Assembly (NCBI GenBank): GCA_043753995.1
Contig: JAYUVP010000098.1
Coordinates: 32,001-96,000, forward strand
Length of the DNA: 64,000 nt
Direction of reading: 5' to 3'
DNA from: Fibrobacterota bacterium
GTDB lineage: Bacteria; Fibrobacterota; Fibrobacteria; UBA11236
The notes under the pieces are model-generated. The model saw only the letters and a program-made list of their open reading frames with translations, was not told the DNA's origin and made no database searches. Position 1 is the stretch's first letter. Each line of letters starts with the position of its first letter. Of the stretch, positions 1 to 9,048 are shown in pieces. The translations under genes and the position numbers were made by a program.

Positions 1-143
1 GAAACCTTTTCCACCAAGGCCATGATGCGCGGAAGTTCAGCATTGAGGAAAGCGTGGTGGGTGCATTCAATTTGGCCAGCTAGATCCGACAAGGACAGTT
101 CGATGGGTTCCGCGCCTTCGATCCGTTTTGTTTCCGTTTGCAT
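1..143 (-). CDS. Hemerythrin-domain (Ric/YtfE/ScdA-like di-iron) protein, 5' part; runs off the window
   Basis: Not in ORF track. Manual translation from ATG at 143 gives MQTETKRIEGAEPIELSLSDLAGQIECTHHAFLNAELPRIMALVEKV, matching the Ric L..I...HH.yL..eLP.l..L..KV helix. AAGAGG lies upstream. Confidence 0.7.
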   Translation of the reverse strand, partial: MQTETKRIEGAEPIELSLSDLAGQIECTHHAFLNAELPRIMALVEKV

Positions 144-350
144 TTCGACCGCCTCTTTTTGAATATCTGAAAGGTCGCGAGATGCATGCCATCCAACTTC
201 CGGTCGAAATTCAGAGAGAATGGAGCTTCATGCCTGCTTTCGCCAAAATAACTGCCGCTTTGGCAAGGCTAAGGTAAAGATGGCGCGAAACCGTGCATGC
301 ACGGTCACCAGGAACCGACCTAATTTTCAAGCGATTTGTCTGAAGGGAAT

Positions 351-369
351 GCCAGCCCATCGGGCTGGC
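351..369 (-). terminator. GC-rich hairpin just downstream of the 378..917 gene
   Basis: Stem GCCAGCCC/GGGCTGGC with a 3-nt loop; weak U-tract. Confidence 0.35.
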
Positions 370-377
370 GAGGGAAA

Positions 378-917
378 TTAAGCCTGCGTATTCACCATCT
401 TAAAGCGCACGCGGTAGTGGCCACCTTCGCCATAGAAGTTTAATAGTGGCAGATCCCCTTCCGAGGTGTTGATGGACAGATGGCGGGCTTGTATGAACTC
501 GTCATTGGCAAGCATACCCTTGATCGTGGCCGAGAAGTGAGTGACCATGAGGCTCGCTCGCTGTGCCGTGGTCAAGTTCCAATCTTTATAGGATTCCCAG
601 TAAATCTTCATTATGGACTTGAGTAGTATCGACACATTATCACTGAAGTCTGGGTCGAAATCTTCTTCCACTAGGGCGACTACCACCACGGTATTGCTAT
701 CCACATGGTTGTGCGCCCACAAATTCGGAGTAAATAGCTTGCCATCATGAGCATTGTTATCCCATTCGGACAAACGCAGTCTCACGACATCGGTGAAATT
801 TTCTTGGCTTCGGTTGCCTATAAAAACCAGGAAGTAGGGGCTGTCATCATAGCTTTCATCGGTGTCAGTGACACAGCGGAATTCCTTCAGATACAATAGA
901 CTCGGATAAAAGGCCAT
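378..917 (-). CDS. Hypothetical protein (179 aa)
   Basis: Clean ORF with GGAG upstream; no family recognised. Confidence 0.7.
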   Translation of the reverse strand: MAFYPSLLYLKEFRCVTDTDESYDDSPYFLVFIGNRSQENFTDVVRLRLSEWDNNAHDGKLFTPNLWAHNHVDSNTVVVVALVEEDFDPDFSDNVSILLKSIMKIYWESYKDWNLTTAQRASLMVTHFSATIKGMLANDEFIQARHLSINTSEGDLPLLNFYGEGGHYRVRFKMVNTQA

Positions 918-1009
918 ATCATCTCCAATTGAGTAGGCGAGTTTTGACTGCCCTGATGCATCATCGCAGCAGTCTCAATTGGATAGCCGAGTGGAGAAAA
1001 CGGTAACGT

Positions 1010-1290
1010 CTAGTTGTGGAGGCTAACCAGTCCCAGTAGCGATAAAATCCCAATGGGCAAAAGGAGAATCCATTGGGGCAAAATAAGAAGCTTTTTATTC
1101 CCGCTTTCCCTCAATGTGAGGACAAGAAACACAATGAAACTGTAACCATATGCCAGCAAGCATGCATTACACCCTTAGGAACGGGATTCATATCTGATTT
1201 TATGAGTGGCCTTACTATTTCAACTTGGCCGCCTATATTATGAAGGAGTGCGGTCCCAAAGCAAACCATTGCCGAGAGTAGCCAGTAATC
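1010..1290 (-). pseudogene. Remnant of a small membrane protein gene (5' truncated, frameshifted or internally deleted)
   Basis: One frame gives ...TALLHNIGGQVEIVRPLIKSDMNPVPKGVMHACWHMVTVSL. A different frame continues ...KLLILPQWILLLPIGILSLLGLVSLHN*. The two look like the N- and C-terminal parts of one membrane protein. Confidence 0.5.
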
Positions 1291-1367
1291 TTCCCAATCC
1301 CGAAGGGCCACGCCCACACCCAAAAACCACAACCCCATTCTCTCGTCCCACCCCCTATACTTTTTCC

Positions 1368-2399
1368 ATGCGAAAAACATTTGGTTTAGGTCTAACCCTG
1401 TTTGTAATCGGATTCATGGCCTGCGAGAAAAACTCCGGAAGCGGGAACCCCGTCACCACGGACGATCGTAATGGAAAGGAGAATCCCATTACCCCGACCA
1501 CGGGCATCAAGGGGCATTTCTACTACACCTATGACGACGAGGTTTTCCGGATTGAGGCATCCTCCGGCGCCGTAGCGCAGAATATCTCCGAGGCCTTGGC
1601 CAAGCTGAGCGAGGGAAGTCGCGATAGGCGCATTAATGCTAGCACCGACGGTACGCATATGACAATTTCGACCGATCGCTTCGGGTGCGAAGCGGAATGC
1701 TTAGCCCTGATTCCGAAATCCCTTGCCAGCGGTGAACTCGTGAAGCCGGGAGGCGAGGATGCGTATACCGAAGGAATCGCAGCGGTGTCTAACAATGGCG
1801 AGCTTATCATCTACCCCGCCCAAGGTGGACCCCACCGAGTAGACCTCTTCGCCACGCGCAAGCAAGGATCGGGATGGAGCGCGCCTATCCTTCTCACTTC
1901 GGCCTCCAATTATTCATACAATAACATGCCTTCCCTCTCCCTCGATGGCTCGCGAATCGCATTCGATTGCGGCGCCGAACCTTACCCCGAGGCTGGCTCC
2001 AACGATGCTTGCGAAGTGAAGGCAGATGGAACCGGGTTCCGAAAAATCGTCAGCCCCAGCGCGCTTTCAAACCCTCGCAATTCCTATGTGCAGAATCCGC
2101 ATGAAGGCGTGGATGGCTTGCTCTTCGAATCGAGCTGGCCCATCGGCGACGATCACCCCGAGACCATTTGGCTGCTTCCCGCCACCGGCGGATCACCCAA
2201 GCCAATCGGAACGGCCTTTCCCAATGCCGTCTCTCCTTGCGCCCTCTCAGACGGACGTTTCGGAATGCTCTGGCTGGGACGTAGCGGCAATGCTACGGGT
2301 GCCCATGAACTCGTAGTGGCAGAGAGAGACGGTTCCAGCGCCATCACGCTCACTCCCAATCTCGACGTGAACGATATCGGAATCGGCTGCAGCGACTAA
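1368..2399 (+). CDS. Lipoprotein with TolB/PD40-like beta-propeller
   Basis: Start reassigned to ATG 1368 (MRKTFGLGLTLFVIGFMAC, lipobox-like Cys). Contains PSLSLDGSRIAF-type repeats. Confidence 0.7.
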   Translation: MRKTFGLGLTLFVIGFMACEKNSGSGNPVTTDDRNGKENPITPTTGIKGHFYYTYDDEVFRIEASSGAVAQNISEALAKLSEGSRDRRINASTDGTHMTISTDRFGCEAECLALIPKSLASGELVKPGGEDAYTEGIAAVSNNGELIIYPAQGGPHRVDLFATRKQGSGWSAPILLTSASNYSYNNMPSLSLDGSRIAFDCGAEPYPEAGSNDACEVKADGTGFRKIVSPSALSNPRNSYVQNPHEGVDGLLFESSWPIGDDHPETIWLLPATGGSPKPIGTAFPNAVSPCALSDGRFGMLWLGRSGNATGAHELVVAERDGSSAITLTPNLDVNDIGIGCSD

Positions 2400-2480
2400 A
2401 TAAAGTCCGCCCTTCCGAACGATTTATCGGGTTATCCGAAACCCCTTCACATGCCGCCTTTCCCCGGCCTTTCTTTAAAA

Positions 2481-2494
2481 TGAATAATCATTCA
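2481..2494. promoter_or_regulatory. Probable TetR operator
   Basis: Inverted repeat TGAAT-AATC-ATTCA 13 nt upstream of the TetR start codon. Confidence 0.55.
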
Positions 2495-2507
2495 CTATAT
2501 TTTCGGC

Positions 2508-3086
2508 ATGTCTCCTCGTACCGAACAACAAAACCAAGCGTTGCGTGACAAGACCCGCGCGCGCATCATGGCCGCAGGATTGAAACTTTTCAGCCGCAAA
2601 GGCTATGGCGAAACCTCGGTGCAAAGCCTGGCCCGTGAGGCCAAGGTCGCCCAAGGCCATCTGTACCGGCACTTTTCAAGTAAGTCTGAATTGCTGCGCG
2701 CCTTGATGCAGCAAAGCATGGATGATGTGCGCCAATCCTTTGCGGCAGCCAAGGGCGAAGGCCGTGGCGATCCTCTGCGACGCTTGGTGGAAGAAGCCGT
2801 GAGGCTTTTGCAGCAGCATCTCGAAGCCTGGCAATTGGCCTATGCCATTCGCATGCAAAGCGCCGTGCTCAAGACCCTGGCGCGCGACTTCAATGAGATG
2901 CGGGAAGAAATCGCTTCCTTTTTAATCACCCTTTTTAAAAGGCGGGGTTCTCGTCAACCTGAAGTGGACGCCGCCTTGTTTTTCGCCCAACTCGATGGCC
3001 TGTGTCAACACTATGCCATGAACCCGAAGCATTACCCGCTGGCCGAGCTTGCCGAGGCCTGGATGGCCAAGGAGGAAATAAAATGA
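2508..3086 (+). CDS. TetR/AcrR family transcriptional regulator
   Basis: N-terminal HTH: RARIMAAGLKLFSRKGYGETSVQSLAREAKVAQGHLYRHFSSKSELL. Confidence 0.92.
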   Translation: MSPRTEQQNQALRDKTRARIMAAGLKLFSRKGYGETSVQSLAREAKVAQGHLYRHFSSKSELLRALMQQSMDDVRQSFAAAKGEGRGDPLRRLVEEAVRLLQQHLEAWQLAYAIRMQSAVLKTLARDFNEMREEIASFLITLFKRRGSRQPEVDAALFFAQLDGLCQHYAMNPKHYPLAELAEAWMAKEEIK

Positions 3087-3934
3087 AAATCGTTACGGAA
3101 ATGACACAGCTCGACTCGGGCCGCATTCACAGCCTAAGTATGGGACAAGGTCGACCCTTGCTTTTCATCCATGGCACGCCCACTTCCCATGCCGATTGGC
3201 GGGGGGTGATGTCGAGGCTCGCCGCAAGCCGAAAGTGTATTGCCCCCGATCATTTGGGCTTCGGCCGGTCGGAAAGGCCGGCCCAGGCGGATTATTCACC
3301 GGCTGCGCATGCGAGCCGCTTAGCCCAATGGGTGGAAAAGCAAGGCCTGCAGGACTTCGACCTCGTTGTCCATGATTTTGGTGGACCCATTGCCCTGCCC
3401 CTACTGCGTCAAACCAACCTTCGCATCGGCAAGGTTGTTTTGATCAATACCTGGATGTGGCCACTTATTGAGCACACCGAATTGCGAAGCGCCATTCGCT
3501 TGGCTGCGGGTCCGGTGGGGAAATGGCTTTATCGCCACCTCAATTTTTCTCCGCGCTTTCTCATGCCCATGGCCTATGGGGATCGCAAGAAGCTCGATCG
3601 AGGCATGCACCTCGAAGCTATGAATGCCTTTCAGTCCAAGGAGGATCGAGAACGGGTACTTTGGGCTTTGGCGAAATCGCTGCTTGACGAGACGGGGTTT
3701 AATCAGGAACTTTGGAACTTGCGTGAAGCCTTAAGTCAGCGCCCGGTTTTGCTGGCCTGGGGTGTCAAGGATAGGGCTCTTAATTCGGTGGTTTTAAATA
3801 GGTGGCGAGAATTAAGCCAAGGGAATGGGGGACAAGGCTTTAAGATTCGCACCTATGCCGATGCCGGTCACTGGCCTCAGATCGAAGCGGAGGTCCATGT
3901 GGCAGAAGATATTTCGGCCTTTCTGAAAGATTGA
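3083..3934 (+). CDS. Alpha/beta hydrolase (haloalkane dehalogenase/epoxide hydrolase-like)
   Basis: Motifs HGTP, APDHLGFGRS, VHDFGG (Asp nucleophile) and AGHWPQ. ATGA overlap with the tetR stop; GGAGG RBS. Confidence 0.88.
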   Translation: MKIVTEMTQLDSGRIHSLSMGQGRPLLFIHGTPTSHADWRGVMSRLAASRKCIAPDHLGFGRSERPAQADYSPAAHASRLAQWVEKQGLQDFDLVVHDFGGPIALPLLRQTNLRIGKVVLINTWMWPLIEHTELRSAIRLAAGPVGKWLYRHLNFSPRFLMPMAYGDRKKLDRGMHLEAMNAFQSKEDRERVLWALAKSLLDETGFNQELWNLREALSQRPVLLAWGVKDRALNSVVLNRWRELSQGNGGQGFKIRTYADAGHWPQIEAEVHVAEDISAFLKD

Positions 3935-3965
3935 TTTTTCCTCCTCAGGTAAGCAGAATGAAAGC

Positions 3966-4994
3966 ATGAAAAAGCCCCCGCCCTTCGATCCCCAAACCCT
4001 GGCACTGACCGAATCCCTGTTAGATTCGGCTGGGGTCCAGGGGGATGCCTTTCAGCGTCAATGGATTGGAGAGATGATTCATTCCGTCCTGCAACTCGGC
4101 CTCGATGGGCCCGATTCGGGGGAAGTGAAGCTCATGGCCAGGAGCTTCCGAGAATTGCGACATGCTTTAAATGTCTTCCGGCCTTACAAGGGCCGTAAGA
4201 AAGTGTCCATATTCGGATCGGCGCGCACACCACCGGATCATCCCGATTATCTCTGCGCGCGCGATTTCGCTGCGTCCATGGGAAGGCGGGGTTGGATGTC
4301 CATCACGGGGGCTGGCCCAGGCATCATGCAGGCGGGCAATGAGGGGGCGGGGCCGGGGAATTCCTTCGGGCTGTCCATTCGGCTGCCTTGGGAGACCAAT
4401 GGCAATCCCTTCATCGCCAAAGATTCCAAGTTCATGGTCTTCCGGTATTTCTTCACGCGGAAGCTTCTCTTCGCCTTGGGTGCCGATGCCATGGCAGTTT
4501 TCCCCGGGGGATTTGGCACGCTCGATGAATGCTTCGAGCTGCTGACCTTGATTCAAACCGGCAAATCCCCGCTCCTCCCAATCGTCTTGATTAGCCCGGA
4601 GGGAAATGATTATTGGAAGTCTTTCCGAACCTATATGGAAGACCACTTTGTCCGTAATGGCTGGATCAACCAGGAAGATTTGTTTTTGTTCCAGATCTTC
4701 TCTGACGTGGAAGCCGCATCCGATTATGTGGAACGATTCTACCGGAATTACCACTCGTCCCGATTCGTTGGCGATCAATTCGTGATCCGCATGCAGAAAA
4801 CCCTAAAACCGGAAGAACTTGAGTCCTTGAACGAGGCTCATGCGGGGCTATGCGTCAAGGGCTATATCGACCAGGGAGTGGCCTTGAAAGGGGAAGAGGA
4901 TTTCCTGGATTTGCCCCGCCTGGTTTTCCAATTCAACCGGAAGCATTATGGTGGGCTTCGGCTCATGATTGACCGGCTGAATCAGTTTGGCTGA
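3966..4994 (+). CDS. LOG family (TIGR00730-type) nucleotide phosphoribohydrolase
   Basis: Motifs SIFGSAR, ITGAGPGIMQA, FRYFFTRK and PGGFGTLDE. Confidence 0.9.
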   Translation: MKKPPPFDPQTLALTESLLDSAGVQGDAFQRQWIGEMIHSVLQLGLDGPDSGEVKLMARSFRELRHALNVFRPYKGRKKVSIFGSARTPPDHPDYLCARDFAASMGRRGWMSITGAGPGIMQAGNEGAGPGNSFGLSIRLPWETNGNPFIAKDSKFMVFRYFFTRKLLFALGADAMAVFPGGFGTLDECFELLTLIQTGKSPLLPIVLISPEGNDYWKSFRTYMEDHFVRNGWINQEDLFLFQIFSDVEAASDYVERFYRNYHSSRFVGDQFVIRMQKTLKPEELESLNEAHAGLCVKGYIDQGVALKGEEDFLDLPRLVFQFNRKHYGGLRLMIDRLNQFG

Positions 4995-5025
4995 GAGGGT
5001 TTTGAAAGAGGCTGCGCTTGAATCT

Positions 5026-5835
5026 TTAATAGCCTAACTTTTTAAGGCGCGCTTTCACTTCGCGCGCGTTCCGATAGGGTGGCGCATGGATTTTTCTGAA
5101 GGGACTGGCCCAAAGTTCGGCATGCTCCTTTTCCGAAGCCTCATTGCACCCCACGGTATAGCCGAACCTTTGATTTAGCTTAGATAAAGGTTTCAGTGAA
5201 TCGCCTTTTGCAGCGGTAAGATCGTCAAAAAAGTAGGTATGGTAATAGGTGTCACACCCATTATTACCTCCATGGCTATTGATGGCTGTTCTGATCAAGA
5301 TTCCTATTTCTTGTTTGGGGTCGCGGTCAGCGTTGGCAAAAACCACGGCTTGAATTTCGCCTTTCCCACCTGAGTCTCCAAAGGCTTCCATGGCAAAACG
5401 TCGGCACGCATTCGACCTTTGGTGGGTCGGAACGAAAACGTATCCATTGGTACGGCTCGAAATCTCTGGTTCTGGTGACAAGGAATACTTGATCCAAACC
5501 TTGGTGATCTTTTCATTGAAAAAACCGACAACAATAGGCGTGGAATTCCAAACAGTATCCATAGCCAGCATATACTCTGGCTTCCCATACCAAGTTGTAT
5601 CGGGATCGGTTGGCTTGCTTTTCAAATGCAAAGGGTGGATGACGGGGTCGATTGCATAGACGAAATCCGTATCCCTAATTCCATTGGCAGACGAGGGCTT
5701 GGCTTCGATAATACCGAGAAAAAAAGCCAAGATCATGGCTGTGACGTTGATGAGGTAGCCGTCTTTATAGCAAAGTCTTCCACGATCGGCCTTTTCATAA
5801 GCTATCCGATGAGAGAGAGGCCGGCTGGAGGGCAA
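5026..5835 (-). CDS. Hypothetical, probably secreted protein (true start may be near 5736)
   Basis: Long ORF with a hydrophobic segment MILAFFLGIIEA; NADRDPKQEI resembles an FG-GAP-like loop. Confidence 0.55.
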   Translation of the reverse strand: MPSSRPLSHRIAYEKADRGRLCYKDGYLINVTAMILAFFLGIIEAKPSSANGIRDTDFVYAIDPVIHPLHLKSKPTDPDTTWYGKPEYMLAMDTVWNSTPIVVGFFNEKITKVWIKYSLSPEPEISSRTNGYVFVPTHQRSNACRRFAMEAFGDSGGKGEIQAVVFANADRDPKQEIGILIRTAINSHGGNNGCDTYYHTYFFDDLTAAKGDSLKPLSKLNQRFGYTVGCNEASEKEHAELWASPFRKIHAPPYRNAREVKARLKKLGY

Positions 5836-5917
5836 ATACTTATTCGATATGCGGATGGATTATCGTCCTTTCGATGGCTGTTCTCCTGGCGAGTGGGTTG
5901 CCATGTTTATCTTCAGC

Positions 5918-6844
5918 CTATCCTGGTGCGTTTCCAGCCGGGTCCAAAGCTAATGCATTCCTAGGCACCGCCGCCGCAAAATGGGCCAATAGCCCGACTC
6001 CGAGCCCGCCTAAAACATCCACGGCATAGTGATACCCGCAATATACAGTCGAAGCGATGAGCAGAATTCCCAAGGGCCAGAGCACTACTCTTTCCGGTTT
6101 GTGATGCCATGAAGCCAGCAAGGTGACCGTGGTCAAAGCCACGTGGGCGCTGGGGAAATAGCCACCCGGAATTTCCCACTGGTATAACCAATGCATGATA
6201 GATGTGAAGGCATAACCCGGCATTTCGGTGGGGTGTTGTAAGGCACTGGCAGGCGTAAAATTTGCAAAGGAATGCGGGCCCAAGGCGGGAAGGAAGAGAA
6301 AAAGAAAATTGCAGATGTAAAAGGCGATGCCTATGGCAGCCATGAATCGATGAAATTCGGCGACGCGCTTTTTGCGGTAGTAAAGGACGAGAGCCAATCC
6401 AGCGAACTGGACGTAATAGGTGAAATACGCGAAGTGAAAAATTTCGGAAACCCAGGCCTGTGGCCAAACTTGCGACCACAGCAAGGCAGGTTGAAATCCG
6501 AAAAGCATTTGATCGGCATTGCGAAGAATCATATCCCATTCGAAGGCAACCCAAAACCGGTTCAGGGTTCCTACCTGTTCGTAAATGGGTAAGAAAAAGA
6601 AAAACGGATAAAACAATCGGACAAAGCGTGAAATGGATTGCCCTCTACGCGAATGCTCGTCGTCACCCGAGGGAGATGCGAATCTGCAAATGACATAGGC
6701 GCAGCCAATGGCAAAGGCATTGAAAGCAAAAGGCGCAAGCGGTGCATCCATCGCCCAGGCCCGTACTCCGACGACTAGCAAGACCGCGAAGTGGTAACCG
6801 AAGAATAAGAGGTCGGCGGGAAAAACTCTGAACCCGGCTTTCAA
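5918..6844 (-). CDS. PAP2 family membrane protein, Aur1/IPC-synthase-like (PAP2_3) type
   Basis: Multiple TM helices; motifs PALGP, FPSAHV and STVYCGYHYAVDVLGG; lacks the KxxxxxxRP domain-1 motif. TTG start 3 nt after the upstream stop. Confidence 0.85.
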   Translation of the reverse strand: MKAGFRVFPADLLFFGYHFAVLLVVGVRAWAMDAPLAPFAFNAFAIGCAYVICRFASPSGDDEHSRRGQSISRFVRLFYPFFFFLPIYEQVGTLNRFWVAFEWDMILRNADQMLFGFQPALLWSQVWPQAWVSEIFHFAYFTYYVQFAGLALVLYYRKKRVAEFHRFMAAIGIAFYICNFLFLFLPALGPHSFANFTPASALQHPTEMPGYAFTSIMHWLYQWEIPGGYFPSAHVALTTVTLLASWHHKPERVVLWPLGILLIASTVYCGYHYAVDVLGGLGVGLLAHFAAAVPRNALALDPAGNAPG

Positions 6845-6847
6845 TTT

Positions 6848-8518
6848 TTACCCGCTCAGTCTCGACACGGAAAATGGCTCGGCATAGACTGGAGCGTCGG
6901 ACAAAATGTTCAAGTTTGCTTGGGACTGAATTTCGAATTCGATTTGGAACCAAAGAGCTTGCAATGCTTCGAAGCGTACCTCGCCCATCATACAGATTTG
7001 CAACCAGTTGCGCTTGACGAGATAGTCTCCGGCATAATTGCAGAGCAAGCCGCATTTTTCCAAGCGGCGTCCCAAGCCGAGGGAGGAAATTGATTCGGGG
7101 AATTGCAAGGTGAATATTCCAGGTGCGCGGTTTTCGGTGGCTGCGATCAAAAGGATAGGCGATTCGACCATGCGTTCCATCAGCCACGCGCCCATTTCTT
7201 TGCGCCGGGAAAATAGTCTTGCTTTCGTGGTTTGCAATGCCGCCACAAGGGCTTCCAGAAACACAGAGGAGCCGCTGAAGGGAATGCCATCACAGTCGGC
7301 ATAGTAACGCAATTCGAAATAGCGCGGCTTTGGCGCGGCGGACTTCATTAAGGCTTCGGGACGGTAAAAGACCATGGCCATGCCGGTCAAGGCGCCAATA
7401 GCCTTGCCGCTGACCGAGGAAGCCATGCGCGCGCGGCTAAAGTCGCAGGGGATGGCGCCAAGGGAACTGATAGCGTCCCAATGCGTATGCACGCCATGCC
7501 TATCGCAAAGCGATTGAATAGCCTCCAGCGGTTGCACTTGGCCCGTCGACGTTTCGCAGTGCACGGACCAAAGCCAGCGGATATTCGTATGCGTGCGCAG
7601 GGCCTTTTCCAAGGCGTCGAGCGAGGTGGCGTGCCCCCAGGGCGAACGCAGAATATGAGCATTCAGGTGATGAGCCTCGGCATGCTTGACTAGGCGTTCG
7701 CCGAATTCCCCATTACAGAGAATAATGCCTTCACCTCCGAGTTCGGCGATATGGGCGGCCACCACATCATTGGCCAGAGTCCCCGTGCCCAAGAAAATTT
7801 CAACTGCCTGGCCTTGGGTCATGGCCAGAAGCAGGCGCTTCGCTTTCTGCAATTGAGCAACATAACGTTCGGATCGATGGGAGTATGGGGGCACTTGCAA
7901 GGCTTGTCGAACAGGCTCTTGAACTTCAACGGGGCCAGGCAGGAAGTAATGCTGTGGCACTAATATGTCTGGAGCTTGTCGCAAGGTGTCGGGCAGGAGA
8001 GCTAAATGCCGATTGAGCGAATCGAGTGTCAAGGACATGGGTTGATACATGGCTCCAGGTATGCCGACTTGCGGGCCGAAAGCGAGAAAGCCCAACTTTT
8101 CATAAAGGGGAATATTTTCCAAACGGCCCGAGATGAGGCCTCGGTTGAAACCTTGAACGGTGCTATAAGCAAGGATTTCGTGCATGAGCAAGGCAAAGAC
8201 GCGCCCATGCCGGCGACTGGGCTCTATCGCGAGGAGCCTGATTTCACACAGCGAATCTCCTGGTTTCAAAAACACATCAAGGTTGTCGAGCTTGGAGTCC
8301 AGAGAAAAGGGCCGCTGATTGCGCAAGGCCACCATGCCTGCAATTTCGTCTCCGTCTTTGCAAATGAAATAGAGGTTTTCCCGGTGGAATTTATCGACAA
8401 GGCGCCGATCGGTATTGCGGGCATGCTGAGGAATTTCTTCGACAAAGGTGGCATAATTCAGTCGCGCGATGCGATCGAATTCATCCGCTTGATCGGCAAT
8501 TTTCACAATCAGACTCAT
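6848..8518 (-). CDS. Fusion of GNAT-fold N-acyltransferase and class V PLP aminotransferase
   Basis: N-terminal ~165 aa: LNYATFVEEIPQH, CEIRLLAI, LYEKLGFLAFG. C-terminal: FLPGPV, GTGTLAND, VHCETSTG, DAISSLG, SVSGKAIGA (PLP lysine). Confidence 0.88.
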   Translation of the reverse strand: MSLIVKIADQADEFDRIARLNYATFVEEIPQHARNTDRRLVDKFHRENLYFICKDGDEIAGMVALRNQRPFSLDSKLDNLDVFLKPGDSLCEIRLLAIEPSRRHGRVFALLMHEILAYSTVQGFNRGLISGRLENIPLYEKLGFLAFGPQVGIPGAMYQPMSLTLDSLNRHLALLPDTLRQAPDILVPQHYFLPGPVEVQEPVRQALQVPPYSHRSERYVAQLQKAKRLLLAMTQGQAVEIFLGTGTLANDVVAAHIAELGGEGIILCNGEFGERLVKHAEAHHLNAHILRSPWGHATSLDALEKALRTHTNIRWLWSVHCETSTGQVQPLEAIQSLCDRHGVHTHWDAISSLGAIPCDFSRARMASSVSGKAIGALTGMAMVFYRPEALMKSAAPKPRYFELRYYADCDGIPFSGSSVFLEALVAALQTTKARLFSRRKEMGAWLMERMVESPILLIAATENRAPGIFTLQFPESISSLGLGRRLEKCGLLCNYAGDYLVKRNWLQICMMGEVRFEALQALWFQIEFEIQSQANLNILSDAPVYAEPFSVSRLSG

Positions 8519-9048
8519 AGGCGTGACTCCGGGTCCGAGACGTTTTTTTCAGAGGGATTGGATTGCCAAGTCAGTCGGTTCTTCGCCAAATGCGATCGGT
8601 GAGCGAAAAGGACGAGGGCCAGGGTGGCGAGGCACGCGCCGATGACCGAAAGTGCATGGCCGCTGAAATGAATCCGCGGACTATAGATGGCCAAGGCAAG
8701 GGCTCCGCCCGCGGCAACCGACACACCTTTGCCACCGCGAAAACCCATTTGAACCGGGTAAATATGCCCGATGACAAGGCATGGCAAAGACCAAAAGACA
8801 TGGGCCGAATGCGGAACTAAGGCCAAACCAAAAGCGATACCCGCCCAAGCCTTAAGGAAGTCGCCAGCAAAGGTGACAGTAAAGCCGGATGGCCCTAAGA
8901 GTCGCCCGACATTGCGCGCGCCTGTCGATCCGCTACCGAATTCACGTATGTCTTGGCGACGCGTGAGGCGCACCCAGTAATAGCCCGTATTGAAGCAGCC
9001 TAAGGCATAGGCGGCAAGCCAGGCGAGGGCATGCAGGGTTTCGCTCAT
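8515..9048 (-). CDS. plsY: PlsY-family acyltransferase (short, divergent)
   Basis: Motifs DIREFGSGSTGARNVGR, GDFLKA and GHIYPVQMGFRGGKGVS. Start at ATG 9048 overlaps the upstream stop (ATGA). Confidence 0.8.
   Translation of the reverse strand: MSETLHALAWLAAYALGCFNTGYYWVRLTRRQDIREFGSGSTGARNVGRLLGPSGFTVTFAGDFLKAWAGIAFGLALVPHSAHVFWSLPCLVIGHIYPVQMGFRGGKGVSVAAGGALALAIYSPRIHFSGHALSVIGACLATLALVLFAHRSHLAKNRLTWQSNPSEKNVSDPESRL

Noticed and set aside
1206..1367. N-terminal extension of the 397-aa ORF
   Set aside because: The lipoprotein signal begins at ATG 1368; the upstream part overlaps a minus-strand gene remnant.
6848..8518. Phosphonate pathway (PhnW/AEP transaminase) interpretation
   Set aside because: No PEP mutase, phosphonopyruvate decarboxylase, phnX or phosphonate transporter is nearby, and the neighbours are lipid enzymes. 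Not excluded, but less supported.
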